A DNA stretch of 63,957 nt, filler included, from Octopus bimaculoides (lineage: Eukaryota): the NCBI RefSeq assembly GCF_001194135.2. It is 9 parts of 9 records of this genome, joined end to end, with 100 filler letters (N's around TTAATTAATTAA, not from the genome) between each part and the next. Parts side by side here need not be neighbours in the genome. Positions count along the whole stretch, not along the records: positions 58,967 to 63,957 come from NW_026340055.1; 8 more parts are not named here. The stretch is one strand, 5' to 3'. How positions within the stretch are numbered: the stretch's first letter is position 1; the number at the start of each line of letters is the position of its first letter. This document shows positions 63,335 through 63,957 of this stretch, one piece after another. The notes beneath the pieces were generated by a model. That model did not search any database. It was not told the origin of the DNA and saw only the letters and a program-made list of their open reading frames with translations. The position numbers were made by a program, and so were the translations under genes.

Positions 63335-63478
63335 TGGGTTTCCAGTTTTCATCTACCAAATCCACTCACAAGGCCTGAGGATATAGTAAAAGACACTTGC
63401 CAAAGGTGCCACGCAGTGGGACTGAACCTGGAACCATGTGGTTGGGAAGCAAGCTTCTTACCACACAATCACACCTGC
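63335..63478 (-). mobile_element. Family A SINE, 5' half
   Basis: Family A head on the minus strand. Confidence 0.8.
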
Positions 63479-63676
63479 ACCTATCTATATTTTTTGAGAG
63501 AGACCATAGGCCTAGGGTCTGATGAAATTCTGTAAAGATAAGTGCTTTATGGACTTGAAGCCCAGGGTAACCCCATAGACTCGCCATATCTATCTTTATG
63601 TATGTACGCATGTATGTATGTATGTATGTATGTATGTATGTATGCATGTATGTATGTATTTATCTATCTATCACTC

Positions 63677-63707
<31 letters not shown>

Positions 63708-63957
63708 GTCTGTCTGTATGAATGCATATATGTATATAACAGAAATGTTTATGATAATGATAACAAAATTATTATGTATAGTGCTCAGGTGCACTACAAC
63801 TCATCAAAGGTGCATGTACAGTACATAGAATTATGTACAAAAGTCAGGAAAGTGAACAGTGTAAGAATCATGATATACATGTGTGCATGCATATGGAGTT
63901 GGGGATATCAAGTGTAGTGTTAGTGAGATGCATGGAAGTTTTAAAGGATGCAATATC

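Overview
AT-rich, microsatellite-dense animal genomic DNA with many N gaps. The repeat content (tRNA-headed SINE families, Penelope/CR1/RTE/RLE retroelement fragments, mariner) suggests an octopus; this is an inference from repeat motifs, not a database match. The window is nine pieces joined by eight identical 100-bp spacers (44N-TTAATTAATTAA-44N), so order and orientation across the joins are uncertain. Almost all ORFs in the supplied track are translations of microsatellites, gaps or SINEs. Reading splice signals by hand gives two minus-strand gene fragments that the track misses or only partly overlaps. (1) Five phase-compatible exons at 52970->47990 encode 162 aa of a divergent SLC18B1-like MFS transporter, with an apparently frameshifted exon just upstream. 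(2) Four phase-compatible exons at 9619->8875 encode an 86-aa charged C-terminus that I cannot identify. The most unusual signal is a set of minimal hammerhead-ribozyme-like motifs in three different short repeats. One lies in an element that also carries a tRNA-like B-box head (a candidate ribozyme-bearing, Penelope-dependent SINE) and directly abuts a Penelope RT fragment. No CRISPR, rRNA or genuine tRNA genes were found.
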